Source: Lingula anatina
Lineage: Eukaryota; Animalia; Brachiopoda
Length of the DNA stretch: 64,000 bases
Reading direction: 5' to 3'
NCBI GenBank assembly: GCA_051362555.1
Contig: CM120647.1
Span: 10,826,651 to 10,890,650, forward strand
Of this stretch, positions 11,322 to 33,951 are shown piece after piece. The translations under genes and the position numbers were made by a program. Under the pieces are notes generated by a model that worked only from the letters and a program-made list of their open reading frames with translations, ran no database searches and was not told the origin of the DNA. Every line of letters starts with the position of its first letter. Position 1 is the stretch's first letter.

Positions 11322-13220
11322 AACAATATGCCATTCTTACAACCATTGTTAAGTACTTACCAGCAATCTTTGTATTTTGTATTCCACACTAGCCCTAAGA
11401 TTTATGTCTGAAGACATTTTTTTTTGTCTTTATGTGCAATTTTTGTAAAAGGGGCAAGAATTTTCTAGTGAAACTGGCATTCTTTACACTAGATGTATCT
11501 TACATGGACCAAGAGAAGTGAGAAGAAAAATTTTTTTGTAATGAAAGTAGTTTTGGCTTGAAGAGTAAGCCAAACACTTTTGTTGCTGAGTTTTTTTTCT
11601 TTCTTTTCTTTTTTTTTTTTTCGATATATTTTATTTAATCTCTTTATTGCTAGGAACAAATACTTACTGCAATGAACAACGTGATGGTGGTCTATGCTCG
11701 TTCTAATAGAAGAGATCATTTGAAATATGGAGATAGTGTGTTTTCCATATATTTAGTATTACTTAATTTTCTTCTTACATGGTCTATTTATTTCTTATGT
11801 TATAATGTTGAAAGGGATTCCAATTAGCTACTGGTACTTACAATCAGAGTAATTAAGGGGAGAGTATTACACAATCATAGTTTACTGTAATAGATCAAAT
11901 GGAATGAGTGCAATATAAGCTCACAGAAACGACAAGAACAATATTTATTTCTCGACAGTAATTGTCTCCGTTTATCATTAAGCTTTTATTTATAAATTAT
12001 TTGTCATTACATTTCATAGGCTGCTCTATTTTATTTTTCCTTTTTAGAATGTTTTTGATATTTTTCAGATATTACCTGGCATAATCATTGCAGAATATTG
12101 AGTTTTCAATTTGTTACAACTAATGGGAGTTTCAACATTTAAGATATTTGTCATTTAAAATATTTGAAGTATCCAATGCTTGGCAATCAAAAACATTTAT
12201 TTTGATATGTAGAAGATTTATGCCTCTAAGTTTTTGTAAACAATTTGTTTAGGATAGTATTATGTTAAAATGATAACTGATGGTTACTTATTATTATAAT
12301 TTTAATTGTTAACTGATGATTTTTCTGGTTATTATTTTTGTTTTATTTATTATTTTTTTCTTTATTCATTTATTTATTTTTATTATTATTATTATTATTT
12401 TTTTTTTTTTTGCGTCATTACAATGACATTAAACTCATTTGTTTACCAACTTCTGTTCTTGATTTAAATAAATATTAAATGTGAATGCATAATAATTTGT
12501 AGATTTTTCTTCAATATGAAGTTCAGGTTGGTAAGAAAAATGTCAAGGTTTTAAACCAATGACACAGTAACAAGACTTTCCATTATTTACATTGTAACTT
12601 TTATTTCAACACAAAATTGAACCTTCCAGAAGACAAAGTTAAGACTGAGTGTCCACTTCATGAAATATGTGCTGCTTTTGCTGTTATGGTCAAAATATTA
12701 CGTGCATTTCCAAGAAGAATTATTTTCTTATGGCCTCAATCAAGGTATGCAAATAAATAAAACAAAATTTCAAATGTTTTCCTTTGCAGCCAATAAACAC
12801 ACTGCTGCATGATTTAAATTTGAGTAACAAAATGTTTTGCATGGAGAATTTCCAAATGTCAAAATTCCACGAAATTCCACTTTGAAGATTTCGTCCACAC
12901 ATGCCTCATGGGCAAGTTTGCTCATATCAGTGTCACACAACACCTGTCATTCTGTAGTTTTAATGGCATATGTGAACATGATCCTTATCACATTCCTTAG
13001 TCTATGTATGATGACATCAGTGTACCCAAAACCATCTACCTCCCTGGGTATTCATAAATGCTAGCAAGCAATTCGTCCTGTGTCTTCCGTCTTCCTTTCA
13101 CAAAACATCGTACAAGACTGAGTTCAGTCATGTCCACTGGACGAGAACATCCAAGTAAAACCAGTTCATATTTTTTTACAATTTGTTACATTAAACAAAA
13201 GTCAAGTCTTAAGCCATGTT

Positions 13221-21033
<7,813 letters not shown>

Positions 21034-21290
21034 CTTTTAAAACTTTGCTTACATAAATTTCAATATGGCCGAAACAGCGACTGCTTCTCCGCAACAAATA
21101 GTGTTATGCAAATCTATATAAATATGAAAAAAGTAATAATGATAAATTTGATAATCTTAATATTTTTCATTAATAAAATTTTACTTATTGTGCTCTTTAC
21201 ATGTTATGTTAATTTAATATAGATTTGAATTGCAAAATGTCGGGACTTACACATCACAGCTGCCCTCTAGCGACATGAAAACATATGAAA
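21034..21290. promoter_or_regulatory. Bidirectional promoter region NDUFV1/TUBGCP5
   Basis: Divergent ATGs at 21033(-) and 21291(+), 257 bp apart. Both sit in YY1-like contexts (AAGATGG and AAAATGGCG), and local CpG is higher than in the flanks. Confidence 0.7.
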
Positions 21291-23750
21291 ATGGCGCGGT
21301 GGGTAAAAGTTGAAAAAGAAACTGGAAAATTGATCAACGCCATAGCCGGCTTTGAGGTGAGATGCACAGCAAGAACAACACGGTTGCTTATTTTTGTCTT
21401 ACCACGATAAATTCATAGCACACCCAAAGTGATAAAGTTTAGGAATTGTTTCTTGATTTTTGTTTATATTTTGTCGGAGAAGGGGGGGGGGGAGGGAGGG
21501 GGGGGGGCGGGGGCAGAAACTGTCACTGAGTCGGAACCGCAAAAGTTGAAAGCCATAAGTGATAAAGTATTGTTTGAATGTGTATATTGATATTTAAGGT
21601 ACTTAAAATTTTAAGGAACAATTCGTTAGTGGGACATCGAAGAGATTGTTCGTGATTTTTAAAAATGGAAGCTTGAGACTTAAGTATGATCAATTCAAGA
21701 CATCAACTTGATCTTGTTCAAGGTTCTCAGTTTGTCCTTGTTTTATCAAAGCACCATGGCACACTGAAATAGTCTGCTTCATAATAAATTTACTGATCAT
21801 TTGGTGGTAAACATCACAGACCACATACTAATGGCATGCAACAAGTAAATAAATAAATAAATAGATAAATAAACAAAAAAAAAAAAACTATATTTCAGCA
21901 AGGAGAAGAAAATTATGCCCTGTGTCTCCAGTTTGCTCTGTCCAACTTCAAGTATCACAGGTTCCTGGCAGTGGACAGCCATAAAGTATCCAGAGCACTA
22001 AAGGGGTACGTGTTTATATTAAAACTTACTAAAGTAAATATTACAAACACTTCAGCCTACAAGGCCATTTGAGTGGGCCATCAGAATTTAAAGATCTTTT
22101 GGTCCAAACAGAAATTAAAGTCTTTTACTGGTATTTGTAATGAGGGTTACTGGTTGTTTATTTACTTTCACAAGTTATGACATTGTTATCTCAAACTGGA
22201 CTGAAAATTTTAGTTTGTGTTGACAAAGAATGAATTAGTAATAGCCTTACTATTACCACATTATCATTCTCTGTCCTATTTATCGCTAAATGAAAATTAT
22301 TTTTAAAAAAATCTTTTCACAGCATTCATGAAAAGTTGAGAATCCACTCTAATCATGTGGAGGCTGAGAAGTTCAACAGTCTCACAGACAGTTTCCTGAC
22401 CAGTCCAGTGTTTGAGGGCAAAACAGAAGGAAAAGTAGGTGAAACATCTCTGGAAGTCCTATTTTCATTGAATACATGACCTGAGCTGAAAAGAGACTAA
22501 ATTTAAATGAAATTTGAAAATACTTCAAGTTACGTGTACCTTCAAATTGCACAAGTAGAAATTAATTGTAGAAAATAAGGGTCTTAGTTTGGTCAAAAGT
22601 GATTAATTATATATATATCCTAGAAAATAGTCCGTTAAACCTGTAGATGCTTTTTCAAAGTCTTCAAAAAGCTTGTTGAATTGGGTGATTTTTTTAAAAA
22701 TAAATTTGGTTTACCTACTTACTAGTTTGTCTCTGCCATTTTTTTTTTAGACAGACACCCATTATGCCTTGCTGTCATTACTTTTGACTCTGGCTGATGC
22801 TCCAACACGGTCTACATATGAGGAAGGTCAGAAAGAGGAGGTACAGGGTAAGTGAAACATCAGTTGTGTTAGTTGTGACACAGTGTCACATCTGATGCAA
22901 TAGACATAACAATAACACATTTCACATATCAGGAGAATTGGAAAGAGGAGGTACACAGTGACACACTGTCACATCTAACACACTGGGAACAAAGAGTGAG
23001 TTATCATATGAGCCAGGTTAAGTACTGTCTACATATATACCATGATAAATGAAGTTAGATTGCTGCTATTTTTACCACAAATGATTATTTGACATTACTC
23101 GTTATCATGAATATTTTGCATGGAAATTTCCTCTAGTGAAAAGAAGTCAGATTGATGTATGTATCATTGTGTTCCAGAGGAGGTGGAGGTCTTTGACTGG
23201 GGTGCCTACCTGATGGAGGGACTAGAGCCTGATGGGCCTTACCCAGAGTCTCCGGTATGAATTCAGTCTCCTTAACTTAAAGGGGTCATCCATTTTTATC
23301 ATAATTTTAACAAGTCAGATGGAAGATTTTTCCAGCCCCCCCCCCCTTTCACAGTGCACAATGTGAAGAGATAAAATGATGACCTTTGACATCAATTTAG
23401 ATCATCATTTCTTTTATTTTTCAAAAGCATACAGAGGACAGTAATCCCCCCTCTCCCAATGGATGACCCCTTACTGACTTCAGTACTATTAATGTTCCAA
23501 GATAAGCAGTTTAGCAGAGAATGATTCAAATAAGAGCCTGCTCACGTGACTTAAAAACAAAATCAAGGTCACACTTCAGATTTCCTGTCCAGTCATTTGC
23601 AGAGACAAACAGAAGATGTCAAGCCATTATAGCAGATGTTTGTTATGTTTTTATTTATTTATTCATTCAGTCATTTATTCATTCATTCATCCATTCCATT
23701 ATTTATTTATTCATTCATTCTATTTATTTACTCATTCATTAACTAATTCA

Positions 23751-23841
<91 letters not shown>

Positions 23842-26800
23842 AGGTGTGGTCTGAAGATGAGGAAGAAGAAGAAGACAGGCAACCACATGTAGGCCAGAGA
23901 GAGGCCGTGGTGGCCCTAGACGACTCTGGTATCACAGTTGAGGAAGATCCGTCCAGGTCGACTTTGGCCATAGTGGACACGGGGCAGTCGTGGCTGACCA
24001 GAAATGTGGTGGTTCAGTACTGGAGGGGTGGCAGCGACCACTCTGTTCATAGTTTCCAGTATTCAGCAAGTTTTTCTAGAGAGATGTAGGTGGTGATGTG
24101 AATTGTAGTTGATGTGATATTTTAATTTGTACCTCTGTAGAGTAGGTGTTTATTTTTAAGATGGAAAACAGCTTAGTAATATATTGAACTTACTGATATT
24201 TTTGAAATACTAAAGATAGTTGTGGTTTAAGGCTGGATACTTCCAAAAGGTATACTTCAGTATTAGGGCAAACACTTCAATTATTCTAATATTTATTTTT
24301 GTCAAGTTTCCCCCAGTGTAAGTGTCTCAGGAAGAGCACTTCCAAGTGTGAATGTACCTTAAGATTCTCTTAATGATATCACTAACAGAACATCATGTTG
24401 ACAAATACTGCAATAGGGAATGCTCAAACGGGGGGAGAAATTACCAAAGTAGACCACCAGTTTTGGCTTATATTTTGATGTTTAAATTGAATAAAAAAGC
24501 CTGTTTGAACTTAATAAGCAATTGCCATAGCATGCTACCAGTTTTGACTTAAATTTCATATTTTGATGTTTTTGCAGGGAAATCCACCTCAGATCCAGCA
24601 ACCTGTTCTACAATGACAGGGGGTCAACTCTAGTGACAGAGACACAGGCCATCAGGGAGACACTATGGTGAGAGCACCCCCCCCCCCCCTCCCACACACA
24701 CACACATACACAAAAAAATTCTACCTCAGTACTGAGATTTTTTTGACAATTGGGAGCCAAAAATGTCTTTTAAGATCGAGATCATTGCTGGCAACCCCAT
24801 GGACCCATGCCATATTTTTACAGTTTTTTTTTTTTTTTTTTTGTTACTGTTTTGGAGTCTGTTAAGGTACTTGGCCTCCCCTTCAGAAACCACACCTACT
24901 TGTCATTCTGACGGGTTTATTCTTTCTTTTTGAAGGTTGCTTTCTGGTGTCCCTGAATCTTACATCTTTACTCTGGACCGGGATGGAAAGTTTGCTGTCA
25001 GAGATGGTCTTAAATTTTCTCACTTAACACAGGTAAGTTTTTTTCCTGAACTTTTTCTAGCCACCAGCTTGTGTTTCAAGTCAATGTGACTGTTAATTGA
25101 ACGTTGCTGGTAAAAAACAATTTACACCAATTTCTTTCACTTATAAATTGACCTTCTAGGATAGTTTGCTCACTTTTCTGAGGAGAACAGCAACATATGG
25201 GAACATAGTTTATCAACTGCAGCAGTTTGTGGAGGCGGTGCTCATGAATAGTTACCATGACAACAGTGCGGCGGCTGTCAGTCAAACTCACCAGGCCTAT
25301 GCCACCACTACTGCCACCTATTTACAAAACTTGAAAAAACAGATGACTATATTGGAGAAACAAGCCATGGCACAGGGTAGGAGATTTATTTTATTTGTAC
25401 CACCACTGTGGGCAGTGGGTGTGATAATCCTTTTAGCTCCTAGTTTCATTTTATTTTATGTAATTTTATTTTATTTAAATTTTATTTTTATTACTTTTTC
25501 GTACATGATGAATTTAGTTGTGTTCAGTGCTAAAAAGAATATTTTAGAGGTATAAGGATTTTTATACTGTCATCACATTAACCATGCCATAACAGTATAC
25601 CATGTTATTGCATGTTTAAAATGAACTGTTGATTATTATTATATATTTGCCACATTAATTGTTCCATTTACATATACCCCTCTTAATTCTTGTATTGAGA
25701 TATGAGATGTTGGTTGCCAAGATCTTTGAAAACTTATAAAATCTGTGTTATGACATATTTCCAGAGGAGACCATGACCTTGCTGACCTTGACCCATGACC
25801 TTCGACCTAGATTCCACGAGCTGGAGGTCCTGCACAGAGTACACCAAGAGGGTATTGTCAACTGTAGAGGGAGCCACTCAGAACAAGCCTCTCACCTCCT
25901 CAGCACTCTGTATGATACCATATGTGAATATGACTCCACTGGAGAGGATGGGGTTCTGACAGTAAGTGCAGATGTGTTTGTGTGTGTGTGTTTGCATGCA
26001 TGCATGTGAGAGTATGTATGTGTGTGCTTGTGAGTATGTGTGAATTTATATGGGTGCTTGTGCCAACTTAAGAGAGAGAAAGTGTACTTTTCTTTGTATA
26101 TTGTTTGTGTGTGTGTGTACAAAAACATGTTTGTTTACATGAGTGTTAATAAATTTTGTATTAAAATGAATACAATTATTTATTATTATTATTGACTTTT
26201 TGGGAGCTTTTGTTGACCATATTTCATGATATTTTTGCAGGTGTCATTGTTGTTACCACTGTGGATACAGACAGCCAAGCCTTACATAGACATCATAGAT
26301 GGGTGGATAACACATGGGAATCTCACAGATCCTGTCAAAGAATTCATTATTCAAAGGTGAATGCATAGCCAATATTTGTTATCCTCCAATATTTCATAAG
26401 TAGTCCTTAGGTATATGTAACACTCTGGAGAAATTATTGTTATTTGTTGTAGCTCAGCAGAACTCCATAAAGCTTTCATTTATTTATTAATATATTTTTA
26501 ACCATTTTTCATTACTTTGTATTGATAAATTGCTGATTATTTTTCTTTTATAGAAATGATAATGTAAAAGCCCTGGACGAAAAATTCTGGGAGACAGCAT
26601 TCAGTCTACATTGCAGTCCAACTGTAGAGGGCAGTTCAAGCAGTGAGGACATCACACCAGGGTTCACTAGTAACCAAGAGGGGACTACCCAGAGTGATGA
26701 GCAGACATACAGGAAGTCCAGTTGGGCTCCCACATTTCTGCGGCCTGTCTTGAATCATGTGATCTTCGCAGGGAAGTCCATGGAGATGTTTCAGAACCTT

Positions 26801-29800
26801 GGGAGACTGCTTGATGTAGTAGAAGGTGGGCAGGGTGAGCACTGTTATCCATCTTTATCAGTCTCAATTTCAGTACCCACCTCCCCCCAGTATGTGTCTC
26901 TGCGAGACTGAAGAAGCTGGCTGATAGCATGCCGAAATATTTCAAGTGATCAGTTTTTGCTTAGTTTACAAGTGATAAAAGAGCTTTTGATCTCTGTCAT
27001 GTTCAAAATTGATAAAAGTTTTAAAACATCTATGGGATGCCTTATGCAATATTTGAGTGACAAAATAAATTTTCTGTTTATCAAGAGTTTAGAGTTTAAA
27101 TATGGCATAATATATATTATATATTGTTTGCTGACAATCTTGAGAGCCAACAAAGACTTATACATATTTTAAGTGATTGTTCAAATAAATATCTCTCATT
27201 GCACTCTCCTGTATTATTGTAATATTTAATTCATCATTGTTATTTTATAAGGTTCACACCCCAAGCCGCTCTATGACACCTTTGTGGAAAACTTACGAGA
27301 TTTTCTTGGCCATCAAGATGTGCCTTCCAAGCCTATGGAGCAGAGCCCACAGAATCATAACACCCTGATCATCACTGCCCGTGTTTCTCAACAGATGCTG
27401 GTGAAGGGTACCAATGATCCCTTGCTGAGGGTCAACTTTGCTGGGATATTCAGGTTGACAGCAGGGGATGTGGTGGAAACAGACATGGAACAATACAAGT
27501 AAGATTGCAATTGTCTACCAGTAAATCTTGGGGCTCGTTCCCAGTGAAACTATCGGTCTACTTATCTACTTACATCGATCCAACTCAGCGGATCACCTCC
27601 TCTTATTTCCAACATACTCATGTAATCAACAGCTTTGTTGTATTCTACTTAACTCCAGGAGGAGGTGTGTGAATCTCTTAATCTGATTGCATTCTGCGAG
27701 AGTCCCTGCAGAGTTGGATCGATAGATGATAGTTTCATTGGAAATGAGCCCTTAACCTTTGCATTTGATTTTTTATTTAGTTTCATCTTTTTAGGAGGCA
27801 GAAAACACCGGTATGCATCAATCTGCTTTTAATTTAGATGGCAAATATTTGGCCAAACACTAGTCTTCTAAGATGCACTGGCAACAATCTTGAAAAGCGT
27901 AAGGAAACGAAAACAAACTGATTTAAAAGCTTTATTATCGGCAAGTACTGAAGAATTCCATTTAACATGTTGAATCACTTATTTTACAGAAGACAGGGAG
28001 CAGTTATGTAAAAAAACATACTTTAGTTTTTCAGACATGTTAGAGGGAGAAACATTGCAGCCAATCCAGGTGGTCCTACGACATTGTTTGTACCCGCACA
28101 TCACACAGAAGTACAACAGAGTGTGCACAAAGTTACTGGACACCTTGAAAACTGACTACAAAATGCTGCACTACATGGAGACTATGAGGGTATGTATGCT
28201 ACAGACAGAGTGTGAACAAATTTACTGAAATTCTCGAAAACTGGCCACAAAATGCTGCACTACATAGAGACTATAAGTGTATGTTATACTACATGTACAC
28301 ACTGTGTACAAAGGGAAATTTTATGCTGTTAAACTTTAAAAGGATGTTTTTATAGAAAAAGTTTATTAACATTTACTGTATCTTGAGAGTGTAGATAGAA
28401 GTACATACATGTTTACTATCCCTCCCTCTCAATCATACAGGATTTCGAAAATGATTTTATAAGAATAAAACAAGGTGACTAAATTCAACTAAAACATTAA
28501 AAAACAATATTTCAGAAATTTTTCCTGATGGAAGCAGGTGACACCATGTATGATTTCTACAGAGAGATATTTGTGAAGGTAAACTTTGACTGGAGATTAC
28601 ATTAATTTTACATACAGCAAATACTTCCTTTATATTTATTTAATCATATGAGCATTTCTTGAGAGAGGTTTTCTGACAGTTCTGAAATTTGGTTAAGTGA
28701 AGTTAAAAAGTATGTGTTTGTAAGTAAAAGCAAATTTGATTTTAAAATATATATATAAATAATTGCAAAAATGAGATGGCTTAAATTTCAGCTCCAACAT
28801 AAAGAACAGTGGCAGGACATGTCTTTCCTAAATGTGGCTCTCCATGACACCCTTCAGGCACACTTCCCACATGAGGCTGACAAGTAGGTCAAGACTCGAG
28901 TCCAATCACGTGCTTGATATGTAGGTCATGTGACATTTAAAGGCCTGTGATTGGAGATTCACCAATCATATGAATTGTTAAAGAGATCTCATGATATTTC
29001 TCAACCAATCAGTAAACTGCTTACTTAGACTAGGTCATTAGCAACCAATGAGGACAGTTATAACTGGCATATGTCATTTTAACTTTATTTTGCTACAGAT
29101 TATATTTAGATATTGTTATTATTCAGGTTATTTGTGAGTGTCCAGTCCACAGCTGAAAAGGGACGTGACCGTCACCCCATTCAGGCTCTGGAAGGACTGA
29201 CTCTACATTACAAGGTAGGGAGCAGGTGGGAAAGGGGGGCGGAAAGACACACACACATGCACGCACGCACAAAGGGGCAGGAAGATACAGACGGGGGAGG
29301 GGGGGCAGAAAGATGGACAGTTACACAGTGAGAGGGAGGAGGGAAGGCGCTGAAAGATGCAGACAGACATACAAACAGACAGGACAACACTTGTTCCATC
29401 AGCAGCTTTATAGTTAGCCTGTATCACATTTAAAATGATTAGTGCCTTTGGTTTCAAGTGTGCTAGACTATGTTTGTGAATGAAACTTGGTGATATGCCT
29501 CTTTTCATTATTTTCATTTTTATTTTATTTTATGTATTTTCTTTAATTAATATTCTAAAATTGATTTGGTTTATGTCCCGTGTTCCAGGTACCATGGCCA
29601 GTGGATGTGGTTATTAACACAAAGTGCCAGGAGATCTACAACAAGATTTTTCAGTTCTTGCTGCAGATAAAGCGTGCCAAATTTTGCTTGGATCGTCTTA
29701 AATTTGATGGTAAGAATATTAATAGGTAATGTCACACAGAAGCTTTAGAGATTTCATGCCAACACACACTACTTGTACATGTTTGCATATGCATGTTCAC

Positions 29801-31489
29801 ACAAACACACAAAGAGAGAGAAAGAGAGAGAGAGGGCGTAAATATGTAAGATAATAAGAGATCCCCAAACATTCTTTCAGATCTAGAAAAATCAGATCCT
29901 TTAGTAGAAAGCAATGAAGAAGAAGAGAGAGCAGAGAAGACCGTGCCATACAACTTGATTCACAGGGTGCAAATATTCAGGCTGCGACTGATGCATTTTG
30001 TGAACAGTTTACATCAGTACATTATGACTAGGGTAAGGTTTGGCCAAGGAAATGAATAGATTCATATTATGAGCAGTTTACATTTAATTTTGTACGTTAT
30101 GACCAGGATTGAGGATTGAATAGATCCATTTTGTGAACAGCTTACATTTATTTTCACTGTGAATATATTCATTCTTAGGATCTTAGCTTTACTTTCATGT
30201 GTAGTGCCTTTGACTTGTATTGAGAACTTATGATAGATTCTTAGTATAAATGTTTCATAATTTAAATTGACTGAATAGACATTGTTATTATTATGATTAT
30301 TATTAAATAAATTGGTCCCATTTAATAAAATGATGTTTGGTTTTTACTGCCTAATTTTTTCTTTTAAAAATGATCAGCCTGTTCAAGAGATGACTGTGAT
30401 GTCATTTGATAAAACCTTTGTCACCTAAATAAAAAGATATGGTAATTGAGTAAAATTTGATATTATTGAGAAGGTGATATCCTCCATACTTTATGTTTAA
30501 AGTGCATTTTAATGCGTTAACTGGAATTTCAAAGCAATGTTGCATTCTCTGGTGCAGTTCGATTTCTGACATGGGCACAGTTTGATAATTTTTTATATCG
30601 ATTGATTTTAATGATTTTTGTTCTGTCTCTAACCTAGATTCTCCACAGTACTGGGCTCGAGTTTCAAAATGAGGTCGAGCTCGCCACGGATCTGGATCAG
30701 GTGATTTACATCCACAATAACTACGTCAGTAAGATCCATGAGCGCTGTCTGCTCCACAAGCGAGTAGCCATGATCAAGGAAACAGTGACGCGGGTCTTGA
30801 ATATTGCAGTTGGTTTCCAAGAGAAGTGGAATGCTGGGATTGATAACATCAGGTGATAAAAAAATTTAGGCCCATATTATTTGAGAATTGTAAGATTTTG
30901 GATTTTAATGTAATTTAATGATTTTATGTATATGTAACAGCTTTGTATCTATTTATTTATTATTATTATTATTATATTCTTGACATCCAACTTATGACAT
31001 TTCAGTGAAAAGTATTTGAAACACGTTGAAGATGAATTCAAGAACTGTGTGAAGTTTTTAACATCTTTCCTCAATAATGTCATAAAGAGAGGCTCCTTCC
31101 CTCACTGTAAGTACCAGTCATACTTTATCAAGTTTTGTTTAGCTTTTTTTATGGATATTAATAAAATTTATTGATTTTCAGCATATGTAACAGGTTGGTA
31201 TCTACCAGCCACATTTTATTAGGTAGTGTATGCATTAGGTGGCCTGGTTTAAAACAAGTTGATGCTGCCTGCATTCCCTGATATCTTTCTCAAAAACAGA
31301 ATCCGCATTTAAATGTGAATGGACAGCAAATGCCATTTTTGCCTCTTTCTCTTCTAATATCCAATCATTTGCTGACAGTTTTTGATGTTCAAAATATGGT
31401 CATTTGAGTATTTTTTTTTCTTGCGTTTTTCAGTGGAGTCTCTTGCGTTTTCATTGTCAACATCACTGGAGCAGCAGCAGACAAGGTGA
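21291..31489 (+). CDS. TUBGCP5: Gamma-tubulin complex component 5
   Basis: About 22 exons, e.g. 21291-21356, 21899-22005, 22323-22434, ~22751-22847, 23178-23254, 23844-24085, ~24578-24666 ... ~30639-30853, ~31006-31107, 31434-31489. Translation includes MARW..., FALSNFKYHRFLAVDSHKV, VTETQAIRETLWLL, VPWPVDVVI, ILHSTGLEFQ and RGSFPHLESLA. Confidence 0.93.
23282..23470. mobile_element. PIF/Harbinger-like MITE
   Basis: TIRs GGGGTCATCCATT / AATGGATGACCCC in an A/T-rich, TAA/TTA-like target context. Confidence 0.6.
23754..23839. repeat. (TA)n microsatellite abutting a TUBGCP5 splice acceptor
   Basis: About 43 TA units followed directly by C-AAG|GTGTGG. Confidence 0.95.
27531..27751. mobile_element. 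Palindromic MITE
   Basis: GGGCTCGTTCCCAGTGAAACTATC...ATCGATCCAACTC is mirrored by GAGTTGGATCGAT...GATAGTTTCATTGGAAATGAGCCC. Confidence 0.65.
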
Positions 31490-33616
31490 CAAATCACATG
31501 ACTGTCAGGTGACACAAATGCCAGTGGATCGAGAAGAACGAGATCACCTGATTGACATAAACTGTCACAAATGACTCTGTAATAATAAGATTCAGTTACT
31601 TAAGTTATTAACAAATTATGTCGTTTCATTTTCTTTTTCATGGAACATAAACACTTGCATTTTCATGTGATCATTTAACAGAATAAAACCTAAAAATGCT
31701 TATCTCATATTGTTCTAAATAAGTTTATCCATCATTTTTGTTAATGACCAAAACAACATCTCATTTAAAATGTTTTCTCTTTATTTCACCTTTCACATGA
31801 AATGAAATGTACAAGAGCCCCAACCGACATATGACAAATGGAATCTGAAAATTGTTTCACATAGGGACTACTTCACATCAACAATTGGTTGAAACTCTAT
31901 CAATCAGGGATTTCCCCAGGATTTGGATTACAACTTAAGGGAGTCCAAAAAGTTACACTGTAGTTTGTTCATCAATTTACATGGAGTCCAACCCAAAAAT
32001 TTTGGAAGCTGTCCAGCCATCTTCAGACAAGTAGGCCGTCTTTTGAGGCTAATGGCAGTCCAAAGGATGGAGGGTTCTCTGGAGGAAGCTTTGCTGTCGT
32101 TACAACTAAAGACTCGCATGAAAAACACTATGAAACCTTGTTATCTGATGGTGTGAGTTAAGCCAACATGTGGTCTGAAGTAGTACCTCTGTGAATGGAA
32201 CTCTTCTCAAATGTAAATGTATGAAATTTACACATTTAAAAACCATCTTAGATTTCACTTCTTGTTAGGAAAAGGTAAAGATGGCCAGAATGCCTCAACC
32301 TGTCATTAATGGTGCATGGAACTGGCCTACATTAATAACTATATTTTCAATGGGGGATAATTGTGAATTTTATGGATAATGAAACTTGCAGTCCTACTTC
32401 CAACTAGCTGTTAACTTCTAGAAAATACATAATGAAGAAACCAATCCCTGGCTGTGTAGGCGACTTGGTCCACGTGAGGCCATATTGCCCAGTAATATCA
32501 GTGATACAATGAAATCATTTCATAACTTAAAGGGAGAATTAGAAACCCTCCTCTGCTGCCATAAGTAATGTCATTATGCTGGCATGGAAACAACATAATA
32601 CATTAATATATAAACTACCATGGCTTGCATGGCTATTGCTTAATGATTCAGTTCTTTGAAGGTATTTCCAAAATAATGATTAGACACTCTTTAATGGCAC
32701 ACTGGCACCGTGTTGTGAAAACCAATAACTATTCTGAAGTATCTAGTAATTATGACAGTAACAAGACGGTCAGTTGCAATCTGTCAACACTGTTATAACA
32801 CTTGACAAACTGAATGATTTTAAAAGTGATAATTAGAACTTTTTCTCCTGTAAGAGATCAGTATTATAAAAGATGATGTGTATAATTATATGAGAAGAAT
32901 GCAATGGTGTATATGGACAGCAGGAGTTTGATATGAAACTAGGTCAGCCTCCACCCAGCCTCTTACTGATGCTAAATGACAAGTATGCGTGTCCCTTGAA
33001 AATGAGGCAGAGAGCAGTCTGAGGTCAATAGTATTAAACATCATATATGAAAGAGAAAACTGATAATTTTTCTTTTCTTTATCTGGGGCTGACATGAACC
33101 AAATGTTTTGAAACTAAAACTAATGACTTATGATAATGCTTCGAAGTCTCTGCCCTGTCAATTCCTCCATATCTGATTAGTACTTCTTTTTATGTACGTA
33201 TATTTGCAATCAACAGAATCGATCTCTATGGCAATATCAACTGGTAACTCATTCCTTCTCTTGGTCGATGGGTCCAATAACATCCCAGCTGTTTATCCTG
33301 AACGGTGAAAAGTGTCAAATAAATCCCTGTCATCATCAATGATAAAACTGGTGGAAGTGCTGTCTTCCCTGTTCTATTACTCTAACCAGAATGGAGGGTT
33401 TTTAACCATGGGCATGCTTCTCGTCTGAAATAAAAACATACAACAGTTAGCCAAGAGTTTTTCAATAAGAACGTGGAGCAAATAAGCGTCTGTTTGATCA
33501 TTTTAGAAGGTAAACACACACTGATTCATCAATAGACAAGAAATTGTCCCAATATTCTCCCACACCAGTTTCAACAATGACTACAATGATGCTGGTTGCA
33601 GTAGGACGAGGTGAAA

Positions 33617-33817
33617 CCCCTTTGCACTGGATGGATTCCTTTCTGCGACCATGAAACTGGCATCGCTGTGGTCATAGAAAGGAGGCACAAGCATCACTTT
33701 GGTTGCAGAATGAATGCTCAATGATCAGCTAGTTGTCAGCACGTTAAGTATTTTTTTACTCTCAAACAAGGCCATACTATGGGCCACAGAAGATATGACG
33801 TCCAGTGTAAAGGGGGC
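33617..33817 (-). mobile_element. MITE, inverted copy of the family at 50113-50320
   Basis: TIRs CCCCTTTGCACTGGA / TCCAGTGTAAAGGGGG; the interior is the reverse complement of 50113-50320. Confidence 0.75.
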
Positions 33818-33951
33818 TTAAGGAAGTTGTAATCAAACACTACGTTATGCTAAACATCTCTTGAAAATTTGAGAATAAATAAGCTGTATAGAATTTATAC
33901 ATTGTTTTTCCATAATTTGTGATAATTTAAGCTACCTTACCATACCTCACT

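Noticed and set aside
21258-21275. CTCF-like GCTGCCCTCTAGCG in the NDUFV1/TUBGCP5 promoter
   Set aside because: A single partial motif match cannot be supported without ChIP or conservation data.
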